Assembly: GCA_003990765.1 (NCBI GenBank)
Contig: RBNJ01000241.1
Location: 1 to 35,758, forward strand
Direction of reading: 5' to 3'
DNA: 35,758 nt
Source of the DNA: Jimgerdemannia flammicorona
Lineage: Eukaryota
Shown: one piece after another, positions 13,324-24,451 of the stretch
Layout: each line of letters opens with the position of its first letter
Numbering within the stretch: position 1 is the first letter of the stretch
Translations under genes and position numbers: made by a program
Notes under the pieces: model-generated
Seen by the model: only the letters and a program-made list of their open reading frames with translations
Told to the model about the DNA's origin: nothing
Databases searched by the model: none

Positions 13324-14539
13324 TTGGAAGTTACTGGAGATTGAGTGGTAACTCTGGTCAGATTATTAGTATCTTCTAGAGTATGGGAGATTTGGGGAAT
13401 ATAGAGAGGGGTCCAGATATTGGTACTTAAATTCTGCTCTACTAGATAACTCTTTACTATAAGATACTTAAGTAATAGACATTAGGTCTAAGGTTCTTAC
13501 TTAGAGAGAGAGAGGGCTCACTATTAGTGATTAATAATAAATACTAAAGTCTAATACTCAGCAAAAAGACTGAGAGGGTGAGGAGTGCTCAGTGAAGAGA
13601 GTGTATACAGTGGGCCTTGCATAGAGGTGGGCTGGTCTATTAGAGACTTAGAATATAAAGAATTAGAGAGTGTGGTAGATCTGACTAGAGGTGAAGAAAC
13701 TGCAATATATTCTGTGAGTAGAGAAGAGTGTGTAGGTATAGAGTATGGCAGTCAGACTATAGTAACAGAAACTAGAAGATGGAGAGACTGACAGTATTTC
13801 TGTTAAGACTGTTGTAGACTAGGAGAGTATATTAGTACTAAGATGGAGTATTGGATGAGGAGGGTATAATGGTGGTAGAGATTCAGAATATCTTAGAATA
13901 GCTAAGTTGATAGTAAAAGTTACTAAGAGTGAGAAGAAGAAAGGTAAGAATATATAGACCATTGAGTGCTATCTGGAGGACTGATATCTAGATCTAGTAG
14001 AGGGGCTGAGAGAATTAAAAGACCTGATGAAAGAAGAGGAGATTCTCAAGATCTTAGTGAGAGACAGTTTTAGGATGACTCTTATTGAGGGCAGACTACT
14101 ATATATGTATGGAACTTCTGAAAATAAATAATAGGGGTAGAGATAGTTTTGGAGGAGCTAAGGCTGATATATAATGAGATTATAAATTCTAGAGAGTAGA
14201 TAAGAGACCAATACCTGGGCCTAGTGATACTATTCTTTAAGAATAAGAGAAGGAGAGAGAAGTGAAAGAATTAACAATTAACATACTTCTAGATATAGAT
14301 CAAAAATTGATCACAAAGGTTATTATTATCCAGTTGTAGTATATCTTATAGAGTACTGAGAGAGAAGAAATAGAGCTTTATTAGAGGTCAGTTAATTCAG
14401 AATGAGATGGTCTGAATCTATAGTATCATTAAAGAGACTAGAACTGTAGATATAGATAGATGGCTGGTTTTTTTTAACTAGGAGAAGATATGTATATGAC
14501 TGAGTACAGAGGGTGTAGTTAGATGAAATACTAAAGTAT
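13324..14539 (+). mobile_element. Old hypermutated L1/Tx1-like LINE, left part (end of APE endonuclease to start of RT)
   Basis: Decayed translations align with the young LINE ORF2: EIEW*LWSDY (vs EVQWCPWSDH), RYWYLNSALL (vs RWRLNVALL), LLDIDQKLI (vs LLNVDRKLV), FN*EK (vs LDQEK). Confidence 0.8.
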
Positions 14540-14702
14540 TGTAATAGACCAAAACATACCACTTGAATTATAACTTAGCCAGATGACATGAACAATTAGT
14601 ATACTTACTTAGTATGATGTAACTTCCAGTATATCATAGTTACTCATATCCACCACACTTATATGTAATTAGCCAAGATACCAGATCAGGATTGTTTACC
14701 TG

Positions 14703-14775
14703 TGTCCTGAGGACACACTCATGTCCTGTGGACACACTTATGTCCTGCAGACACACTCATGTCCTGTGGACACAC
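14703..14775 (+). repeat. Four 19-bp tandem units in U3, each with a TGTCC-N3-GGACA dyad (same array at 29617-29689)
   Basis: tgtcctg(ag/tg/ca)gacacactca with period 19 (starts 14703, 14722, 14741, 14760). Confidence 0.9.
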
Positions 14776-14859
14776 CTGTACCTAGAGGACACACCCAAAC
14801 ATTACTGGAGATAGCAAATCTATAGTTAGCCACATAGTAACCAGATAGCAACCAACTTG

Positions 14860-14890
14860 TATAAATTACCCCAGAGAGAGAGTGAATAAA
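14860..14890 (+). promoter_or_regulatory. Putative LTR TATA box (14860-14865) and poly(A) signal AATAAA (14885-14890)
   Basis: TATAAA and AATAAA are conserved with similar spacing in both LTRs and in the diverged solo LTR (~12400-12433). Confidence 0.55.
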
Positions 14891-16062
14891 CCTCAGTCCG
14901 AATTGAAGTGCAAACCAAAGAAGCCTCTAAAGATTGAGCAATTGGTCCCTTTATTCCTACTCTGGTCCACTTTCCAATACAAAGATTAATTGGTTTGCTT
15001 GCCAGATAAGCCTGAAGATTTGCTGCCTAAGTTTAAGAAGAACTTCGCCACCTTTTGAGTAACCCACCACTAAAGGAATAAGCCACCATTTCCAAGTTAT
15101 CCTCCACCTTCCATAGAAAGCTGCCTTGCTTAAGCCAGTTTCCAATGCAACTTCACAGTGGAGCCAGTCTATGACATAACCCCATACAAACAAAGCCAGT
15201 CTTTAATGTAACTTTGCCAAGAGACCCTTTTCCAGTTGAAGCCATTGTTTTCGAGTTATCCATATTCCCAGTCGAAGCCACTGATTCAGGAAGAATCTGC
15301 ACCATCGTATTCCCAGTTGAAGCCACCAATTCAGGAAGAATCTATGCCATCCGAGTTATTTCCTAAAAGCCCGCCGATTCAGGAGAATCCGCATCATCTG
15401 CCATTTTTGAGTTATCTGCCACATTCCCAGAAGAACCCCGCTGATTTAGGAAGAATCCACATTACCCGAGTTACCCAAGTTATTAAATTATCCACCTCCT
15501 GTGACATTCAAGTTATTCGTCATTCCCAGTGAGCCTGAGAAGAATCCACCACCAGCATTATTCCTAGTTATTCGAATTATCCGCATCATCTGAGCTATTA
15601 TTCCCAGTAAGGAGAACCTATGCCATACATTCCCAGTGAGCCAAATCGAGCTATCTGCCAGAAATTGCATACTTTTGGGACTGTCACACTACACAGAGAT
15701 CATCATGCAGAAATCACATAAGGAGAACTGCTAAATTGTCAGACCGTCACACACAAAGGGATCATCATACTACATAAAGATCATTGCACCAAGACCATCA
15801 TCCAGAAATCACATACTTTTGAAAATTACCTCACTACACAAAATTGTACCATTCCCAGTTGACCCAAGAAGGAGAGATGTAAGTCGCCGCTACACCCAGA
15901 GAACAGTCCCAATAAGGAAATCACTTGTAGATATCTAGCTTTGACTATTATACCACTAAACACCAAGGACCTCAGGAATCTTAGAAGTAACTGGGGGCTC
16001 AAGCCAAACTACATTAACCTCCAACCTTGTAATTTGCCTCCATTGAGCCGGCACATTACATT

Positions 16063-16080
16063 TGGGGGCTCAACTGGGAA
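16063..16080 (+). promoter_or_regulatory. Primer binding site, tRNA-Pro type
   Basis: TGGGGGCTCAACTGGGAA begins 2 nt after the LTR and resembles the tRNA-Pro PBS TGGGGGCTCGTCCGGGAT. Two of the four differences are CpG-type transitions. Confidence 0.8.
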
Positions 16081-16099
16081 TATTTTAAAATCAACATGA

Positions 16100-18103
16100 C
16101 TTTTCAACTCACAAGAACCTATAGTCAAACTGGATACATTTGATACAACACCAACCTCTGCCACTACAGGAGAACCAGTCATCACTAGTATTTGGACAGG
16201 AAGAGAAGTAATCACCTCAAGACTTGCCAACTACCCAGCATCAGAAGGATCCCAATCAGAAGCAGGAGGCAGTACAGCCCGAAATCCCCAATCAGATCAA
16301 TCAGACAATACAGGCAGCCCTGCTAGAGATTTTGGAGAACTCACACAAGAACTAGAAGACCTTAGCACACAGACTCAACATTTTACAGCCAGACACCCCA
16401 CACCAGTCCCACCAATCTCACCAATAGAACCCCTACCACAACCTCTTGCAGAACCAGAAGTAGCTCCTACAAGAATACCTAGGCCTATTCCACCTCACCC
16501 AAGGACCAGAACACCATCTTCAAGATACCCAAGTACCCCCATCTCTAGTGACAGTTCAGAAAGTGAATCAGAATTAGAATCCGAACCTGAATCAGAATCA
16601 GAAGAAAGTGATGACAAAATGGCCACCTCATTGCCAACCTTTGCAGGATACCCAGAGGAGGACCCCAGAGAATTCCTTGATGGAATTGAAGAAATTGCAG
16701 CCTTGAGAAATCTCTCAGATGAAAGAAAAATCGCCATTTACAAAGCTCAGCTCAGAGAACCAGCCAGAGGAATTTTTCATCAAACAGCAAACAACCAAGA
16801 TTCAGAACTAGCAAGACAGATACAAGCAGCAATGTCTGATGAACTAGAATATGAGGCCATGGTCTACTGGCTCATTGAAAAGTATACAGGAAACGAAACC
16901 CACCACAAGGCTCAAGAATCTATCATGAGAATGAAGATGAATCTTGGAGAATCACCCAGAGCCTTCTTCATAAGAATCCAGAAGAGAATGCATACTACTA
17001 GGTTCAATGCCACCAACCAGGACATCATTGGACCAATGACCTTCATGAATGGAATTCCCCCAAACATTGCTCAATATGTCCACACTCTAGATATCAGAAG
17101 GTCTGAAGAGCAAGTAGATGCAGCCCAAGGATTCTTTGATGTCAGACAAGGAACTACTTGGAGTGACTATGATAGAAAAGAAGATAAGGAAGACATTCTG
17201 GTCAAAGCCCTACAAGGACTCCTTCAGGGACAAGAAAGATCTGAGGAAAGAAGGCCAGCCAAGGAAGGAAAGAAGGACAGAAGTGAAATCCAAGACCTCA
17301 GCTCCAAGATAGACTGATTGGTCAGACAGATTGAAAAACTCACCACATGTGAAAATTGGGACTACCAAAACAACAGAGGGTACCCACCACAGAGGAGCCA
17401 AGGTTATCCACCAAGAGATAATAGGAATTACCAGTAAGAAGAAAGAAGGTACTCTGTCTGAGACAGAGCCCAAGTCCAATGCTTCCACTGTGGACAATTC
17501 AGATACTATACTACTAAATATGACAACAAAAGAAGTGACCAAAGGGACTCAGAACTACCAAACCAAAGGAATGACACTCAGTACAAGAAGACTGAAGCCC
17601 ATCCTGTTGAAGATTTCGAGGAAGCAAGCAACAGTGAAGACTACAGTGACCTAGACTTGTATCCTACCAAGATTACCACCTGAAAGACAGTCTACCCAGC
17701 AGAAAAAAGAAAGAGACCTGTAGGAAGGCCATCCAGGAATATCAGCAGAAGAATCATCAAAGAAGAAGATGAAGAACATGAGGAGGAACAAGTTGAAACA
17801 CCCCCCCAAACCCCCTCACCTTTTGTCCCTAAGACAAATGAGTTGCCACCAGAAGATGAAGAAATGGAACAAGAAGAGTGGGAACCTGCTGCTCCAAAGC
17901 CTAAGAAGAAGTACACTCCGAAGACCATGCCTAGAGATATTTATAATGAAGCCTGGCAGAAGATTCAAGAAGCCAAGATGGAAGTCCCTCTCCTGCAGTT
18001 CTTGTAACTGACACCAGCTGGAGTCTGAAACAAATTGCTGAGAACTACCAGGTCTAGCACTGGCCAAGTTCCAATCCCACAGCAAGAACCAGCCTCCATC
18101 TCT
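16100..18103 (+). pseudogene. gag: Gypsy gag (capsid-like domain, decayed CCHC zinc knuckle, linker)
   Basis: One frame is open 16100-17317 (LPTFAGYPEEDPREFLDGIEE..., MNLGESPRAF) and continues through point-mutation stops. The knuckle reads CFHCGQFRYYTTKY at 17480-17521 (ancestrally about CFHCGQFGHYATKC). Confidence 0.85.
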
Positions 18104-18268
18104 TTTTTTTTTTTTTTTTTTTTATAGTCGCTTGGACTCCTTTATTCCACTAGTCTAGAAGAGAACACTATCCATGTATCTCTACAATTACTGTTAAAAC
18201 AAGAATGAACCCAACCCACAGCTATTCATAATAATACAAAGAAGGGCCATTCAGCCCACCCCTTCTTT

Positions 18269-21200
18269 TCACCTCACCCCCTTCTCACCGAGTACAAGGT
18301 GTTCCTGACTTCTCTGAACAATGTCTAACACCTTCTTCATGGCCCCCAACTGGTGCCTTTTCCCCTGATACCACCACTCTTGCACCACTTCCAAGAGTAA
18401 CCCCTTCCACCGCTCCACCAATTCTCCAACCCCCATCCAGGGATCCCTCTCAAACACCCATCACCAGTGCACCGCCATCAGTACCCAGATGCCGATAATC
18501 CGACCCAGGCCTCCCCAGATGTCCCCAATCTCTCCCACCAGGTGATGCTTGATCACTCAACAAGTGGGGCCCCCTGCCCACTCACTCTCCTCCCCCCAAT
18601 AACCCTCCAATGTCTGCCAAAACCCTTCAACCCCTGGACAGGCTGCCAGAATATGCTCCGGCGTCTGCACTACTCCCCCATCCAGCTCACAACACCACTC
18701 ACATTCCTTTACACCATCTTCCACCATCCACCCTATCCTGTACCCTAGCATGACGTTCCTCTGCAGAAATCGCCACCATACCACCCAGAACTTGGGTGGG
18801 GCAATCTTGAGTAGAGAGATCCCCCAGCCCCAAACCCGACCCCACTCCCATTCTTCTCCAAACCCAGCCTTCTGCCAACCAACCGGCCACCTCTCAAGTG
18901 GACCCGTCCGGATCCACTCCATCACCCCTGACAAAGAGTATTCTACCAATGGGTGGCCGCCAATACGAATCACACCAAGTTGCCACCATTGTCAATCTGG
19001 GTCCTCCTCTTCTTTGCCAGGTTCTGGGCCCATGAGACCCATTGCCAGCTAAGCTTCTACAATACCCCACCAAAATCCCCTATAACACAGCCTGCTAACT
19101 CTTCCAACCTGGAGCAAACCTCACATATCCTTCTGAACCTCGCTCCGGGAGCAGAACCAAACTTCCCAGTTGTCCATAGCCAGTTTGCTCCAGCCCTCCC
19201 CTCCTAATTCCGCCATCCGATAACCCCACCAGCCTCGGAGCACCTTTAGCCGCCTTCTGAAGTCCACCAACTCCAGACCGCCATCTGCCCTCACCATCAC
19301 CATAATTTCCCAGCTAATCTGCGATCTCCTTCCCTGCTACAGCCATCCTTCGACCACCTTCTTCAGCTTTTGAACCACCCATCCCAGAAAGTCCAGATGG
19401 TACCCCAAGTACCACAGCTTCGGTAACCAATATACATTCAAAACTACAATTCTCCCAACCAAGGAGAAGCCCCTTCCAGACCAGCCCACCAAGGCATTCT
19501 CCCACTTCTGTATCATTCCACACCACCACTCTTTCGGCAGCACTGTCCCATAAACTGAGAACCAGATGCCCAGATACTGAACTGCTTCCCCAGGTCTAAC
19601 CAATTGTCCAAAATGTCCAAGCTCCCCCAACCCAGCTCCAAGCTCCATAGTCTCGCACTTGCCCCAGTTCAGCTTCACTCCAGCCAGCGTCTCATACTGT
19701 CCTACCCCTTCCTGTAAGCTTGCCACATCTTCCACACTGCCTAACCCTACTACCATATCATCTGCAAAAGCCCCTAACTTCCAGACCACCTCCCCCATTT
19801 TCAATCCAGTAAGCCTCTCCTTCAACCATGCCAACAAGGGCTCCAGAGATAAAATGTAAAGCAGGGGTGAGAGAGGATCTCCCTGTGGCACACCTTGCCC
19901 TAAGAGGAACTCTGGGCCACTCCACCCATTCATCAACACTGCAGCCCAGCAACCTCGCACCAGACCCATCAGCTTTCAAGCCTCCTTCAGACCAAACCCA
20001 ACCTTCTGTAGAACTGCCTCCAAGTAGTTCCACCGCACCCTGTCGTAAGCCTTCTCCTGATCCAAAAACACCATCCTTCCATCTACTTGCCAGCTTCGAC
20101 AACCTTCCAAAACATTCTGCACCCATGCTGTGCTGTCTCTAATCTGCCTCCCCTTTACAAACCCTTGCTGTTCATCGCCCACTATTTGGCCAATCCATTG
20201 TTGCATTCTCCCTGCCAGAATCATGGAGACCAACTTCCTATCTACATTCAGTAACATTATGGGTCTCCAATTTCGCCACACGCGTCTGTCCCCTTTCTCC
20301 TTATAGAGCAGAGAGACTAGCCCTAAGGAGCCATTGCCAATCCAGCAGCCTTCCCCCAGTGTAAAGTTTGCCATTTCCACAAGCCATTCCCCAAGCTCAG
20401 TTTGAAACTCCATCCAGAACTCCCAAGGCAGTCCATCCTCCCCTGGCGATGAACCAGTCTGCGCCTTCCTCAGAACCTCTAACACTTCTTCGAGGGACAC
20501 CCTACCCATTACTGCCCTACCAATTGCCAGCTCTGCCACCACTGGTCAGCTGCTGACCAAATTGTTATTGTCCTCCAGTGCTGCCTCTCCCTCTGCCAGC
20601 CCTCCATCATCCTGCCATAGGGTGCACCATCGATCAGAAACCTCCTCTAGCATGTCTGTGATATCGGTCACCTCAGTACCATCCTCCCGCAATACGGAAG
20701 CCCAGCTGTGCCTCACCCTTCTGGCCTTCAAGATGCCAGACAAGTACTTGGTGGGTCGCTCTCCTTCTTCCAACCACTTGGCTCGCAATCTTGCCAGCAA
20801 CCCATCCACCACCCTATCTTTGGCAGCCTTCAATTCTGACCACAACTCTACTACCTCCTTGATCAACAGGGAGTGCCATTCCCCTGAGGTAATCTCTCCC
20901 TCTAAAAGTCTCAACTGCCAGCGCAGCCCCTGCTCTACTCTCCTCTCCCTATCCTTCTACTCCCTTCCCGCTACCTCTCCTACATCATGCCAATATGCAC
21001 CTGCCAGATGTTTAAATTTCCCCCACCACTGTGCTATCGATTGGCCACTATCCTTCCACTGTGCCACTTCCTGTCTTGCAATTTCCACAAACTGGTTCTG
21101 CTCCACCTGTCTCTTGAGAAGTGCCACATTAAGTCGCCATCTGCCTCCACCACCACTGGCCACCTGGAATCTCTCACACACCTCTACACCCCAGTGATCC

Positions 21201-21886
21201 GACCAGGGACACCACTGTACCTCAGTTGAATCCACAACATTACCCCAGCATTCTGCCACCAGAATCCAGTCAATCCTTGTACCAACCAAATCTTCACCAA
21301 CTGGATGCCACCTAGTAAATAGCCCTGACTTCTCACCTTGACATTATTGTACTCCATCAACCAATCCCATTTCCTTCTCAACTTGAAGCCATCGTGAGAG
21401 CCCTGTAGAGACCACCATGCCGACTCCACCATCAGACCTATCTAATGTCCTGTCACGAACTATGTTGAAGTCCCCTCCAAAAATGTCCAGCCTAATCTCC
21501 TCCCTGCTTTCCCAATCCAGCCAACCTTCCACCCATTGGTTTCGCTCTCTGCCAACCGCTGGCAGATATGCTGAGCCAACTGTAAGCCCATCGCCTGCTC
21601 CTCCTTTCAGTCTCCCCCAGACCAATCTATCACTATACCTCTCGACCTCCTTCAGCTCTCCTCTCCCCAAGCCAACCAGAATACCCACCTGCTCATTCCA
21701 CCCTGTGCTACCATACCATTCCTTGCTCCACTCCTCATAATCTTGCTCCCCATAGGCCCGAACGTCCTGCAGAAATATCAAGTCATACCTCCTGTTCTTC
21801 AGCCACCGAAACAAATGCCTCCGCTTCACTCCATCACGTAAACCATTGATATTTAGTGATAATATATGTAGACTGTTCATTATCAT
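18269..21886 (-). pseudogene. LINE ORF2: APE endonuclease, reverse transcriptase and C-terminal CCHC
   Basis: SLNINGL, LIFLQD, GGDFN, RIDWIL, WSDH; SSPGEDGLP, NWRPIMLLNVD, DQEKAYDRV, QGDPLSPLLY, AFADD, YLG; CEWC...EHILAAC. Several stops and frameshifts; 3' end approximate. Confidence 0.93.
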
Positions 21887-21898
21887 GAATATAAATAT

Positions 21899-23742
21899 TT
21901 AAATTTCCACTAGATTCGCCGCCACCTTCTCAGCCCTACCGCAAATAATAGCCTTCCATTTCTCGCAGATACCCCTCCAGATGCGTGCTCCATTCACCCC
22001 ATTGCAAAAGACCTCCACTCGCTCTGATGCCACCTTCCTGATTTCAGCCATACGGTCCTCATCAATCTCATATCCTTCATCATCCAGAAGTGCAACCACC
22101 ATTGCTGTCACCAACTTCGGCCCCTGCAGTGCTACATTGAGAAACCCTTCCCAGGCCTCCTGCGATCCATTAAACACATCCACTTCCTTGATATCCTCCT
22201 CCGCAAGTTCCTCAAGCACTGCCTGATACCAGTCATCAGCCGTCATCACTATGGGCCCCGGGGTGGCCGGCCTTGGAGTCCTACTCAGCTCCTGCAGCAT
22301 CTCTCTATCTGCCGATACATCGGAAGCCACATCCACCAGATCGTCCTCCTCAGTGCCCTTCTCCAGCCAGACCACTTCGCCCACCTCTGGGTATTCCCAA
22401 TGCACATTTGCTGCTCCCGCCATGCGAACATCCTCCAACTGGGTCTCCGGTACCACCTCAACAACCTCCTCAAAGCCCCCAGTGGTCGCCTCCTCCTTAT
22501 CCACCCACTTCCCTGTCACTGGTGTATGAGTAGAATCCTCCACACCCCCTAGTTGCGAAAGGACACCTCAGCCATCTCCACCTCTTCCATTTGACTCTTG
22601 GCCATCTCTGCTTTTTCCTCCTCCTCCCTTTTCGAGCTCTGGAGAACTGTCTGCAGATGCTCCCAGTTTGCCCTTTGCCACCTCTTCCTCTTCCCATCAG
22701 TCAGAATCCAGATCCAATCCTTGGCAAACTCCTTCCACTTCTGCTTCTGCAGTTCCTTCACAGCCTCTCTCTCCTCTAGGGCAACTAGCAATTCCTTCTC
22801 CTCCTGTTCCGAGCCCTTCCTTCTCCACACTTTGCACTCCTGCCCTCCGATGCGAACTACTTCTGGCCAGTCCCTCTCTTGCCCCATGGCCTCCTTGCCT
22901 TCCAGCCTCACTATTACCTTGCAGTTGCCATTCCTCAACTTGGTCCCCTCCCAGAACATAAACCCGAAGTCCACTATCTCGCCAAATGCCCCCAGTGCCT
23001 CTGCCACCATTCCTTTAGTCTCCTGTCTCCCCAATGTTGGCAGCCCTTCAATTACCAGTTGCACTGCCCACGGGTCCCACCTTAGGCACCTCGCCATGCC
23101 AACCTTGATGCTCTTGACAACCAGCCCTTTCTCCAAGGCCTTCACCATCTCCTCCTCCTCAACGAATCCTATCTCAACTGCCTCAGCTGATGGAATGAAC
23201 TTCAGCGATTCTGCCCCTGCAATCTCCTCTCCAACTAGCCACAAGACCTCCCTCGCAGACATCCCCAGCCCCAAAAAATTCGCTGATATGGCCCATGTCG
23301 ATACTGATTTGTGGAAGAAGGGATGCACCACCAGTTCACCAGATCCAGCTGCCATTGTCGCCTTCTTCTTGTTCTCCGATTCTCCAGCAGTCACCCCAGC
23401 CACTGGCCCAGCCCCAGGAAAACCAGTCCCAGCCACACCACTTCCGGACCCCTGGCCCTGAGCAGGCACCTGACCAGTCACCTGACCCGTCACCTGGCTG
23501 GTCACCTGACCCCTACCCCTGTCAACACTACGCCCCCCCTGCCCAACCCCCATGGGCCTAGTGGCTGCCCTCCTGCCCCCCATCACTGTGTGCCAACTCT
23601 CAACACCAGCCTGCCTCCCCTGACCACCCACTCCTCCTGCCCCTGCACCTGCTCCAACTGTCACCGCAAAACTCTTGGGGAGACCCAGACCAGGCCTCCT
23701 TCTCTCCAAATGCTCAGAGCTTGATGAACCCTGGGTCGCCAT
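21899..23742 (-). pseudogene. LINE ORF1 (putative nucleic-acid-binding protein) with one frameshift near 22560
   Basis: 397-aa and 214-aa ORFs just upstream of ORF2 (12-nt spacer); RRM-like segment (LVIEGLP...ALGAFGEIVD); coiled-coil and acidic region; GQVT repeats. Confidence 0.75.
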
Positions 23743-23935
23743 CTGACAAAAACTCTACCAAAATAGATGAGACTTGTTGTATATTGTAGCTAGACTCCTG
23801 CCACACCTTGCACACCAGAATAGATGACAGAAAAACTTGAAAACGTATTGCTTGTTGCGAAAAGATGTCCGAGTGGCTTAGCTTGCTCTGAATAATTCGA
23901 GCAAAAGGAGTCCGGGGCTCCCAGCCTCCATCTCT

Positions 23936-24330
23936 GTCCAAGCAGCTGAAAGACATATCAGCACCTACTTACATGGAGACATTGGAGGACAAAAAGAAAA
24001 AATCCTCATAGATACAGGAGCAGCTGTCTGTGTCATTGCCAAATGATTCTTGGACACCCTCTAATGGCCCATTGATGGACCATCTAACCTCAGCATCATA
24101 GTAGCAGATGGAGCCCGAACTCAACCCCTTGGAGAAGTATAAAATATCACCATCTCCCTTGGACACATTTAGTTCTCCATCCCCAAAGCTGTTATCACTG
24201 AAGCTGTCATCTATGATATGATTCTTGGCACTAACTGGATGAAGGAAATGAATACAGTTGTTGATATCAGCCAACAAGTACTCAAGTTTGACTACCGAGG
24301 CAAGAAGTACAGAGTTAAGATGACCAGCTA
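23936..24330 (+). pseudogene. Retropepsin-type aspartic protease of the Gypsy element
   Basis: ILIDTGAAVCVI (DTG at 24011), IIVADG, YDMILGTNWM; same frame as gag. Confidence 0.92.
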
Positions 24331-24451
24331 TGAGCAATCAAAGAAGAAAAAGAAGGTCACTATTCAGGAAGAATATGTCAGCAGTGAAGAATCCACCACA
24401 GAAGAAGAGGAAGAATCTGAAGATAGAAATGATCCCAGACTCAATCTCTGA

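Larger units (their letters stand above)
14540..16060 (+). repeat. 5' LTR (1521 bp)
   Basis: Direct repeat of 29458-30987; starts TGTAATAGACC, ends CATTACA, followed by the PBS. Confidence 0.96.
18104..23920 (-). mobile_element. Full-length L1/Tx1-like non-LTR retrotransposon (5.8 kb) nested antisense in the Gypsy element
   Basis: Poly(A) tail (T run to 18123); AATAAA at 18141-18146 (-); 15-bp TSD CCAGCCTCCATCTCT at 18089-18103 and 23921-23935; two-ORF layout. Removing it restores the gag-protease frame (QQEPASIS|VQAAERHIST...ILIDTGA). Confidence 0.96.

Noticed and set aside
15230..15840. CRISPR-like appearance of LTR repeats
   Set aside because: Degenerate tandem modules without unique spacers, inside a eukaryotic LTR, with no cas genes.
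20562..23724. Long + strand ORFs (211 aa, 287 aa and others) antisense to the LINE
   Set aside because: Ser/Pro-rich shadows of the G-rich coding strand with no domain features.
23743..23920. HDV-like ribozyme in the LINE 5' UTR (GGACTCC/GGAGTCT could form P1 with a G-U pair; TTGCTC...GAGCAA hairpin)
   Set aside because: No pyrimidine-rich L3, no GG for P1.1 and no convincing P2/J4-2 could be found by eye. An RNArobo/Infernal search would settle it.
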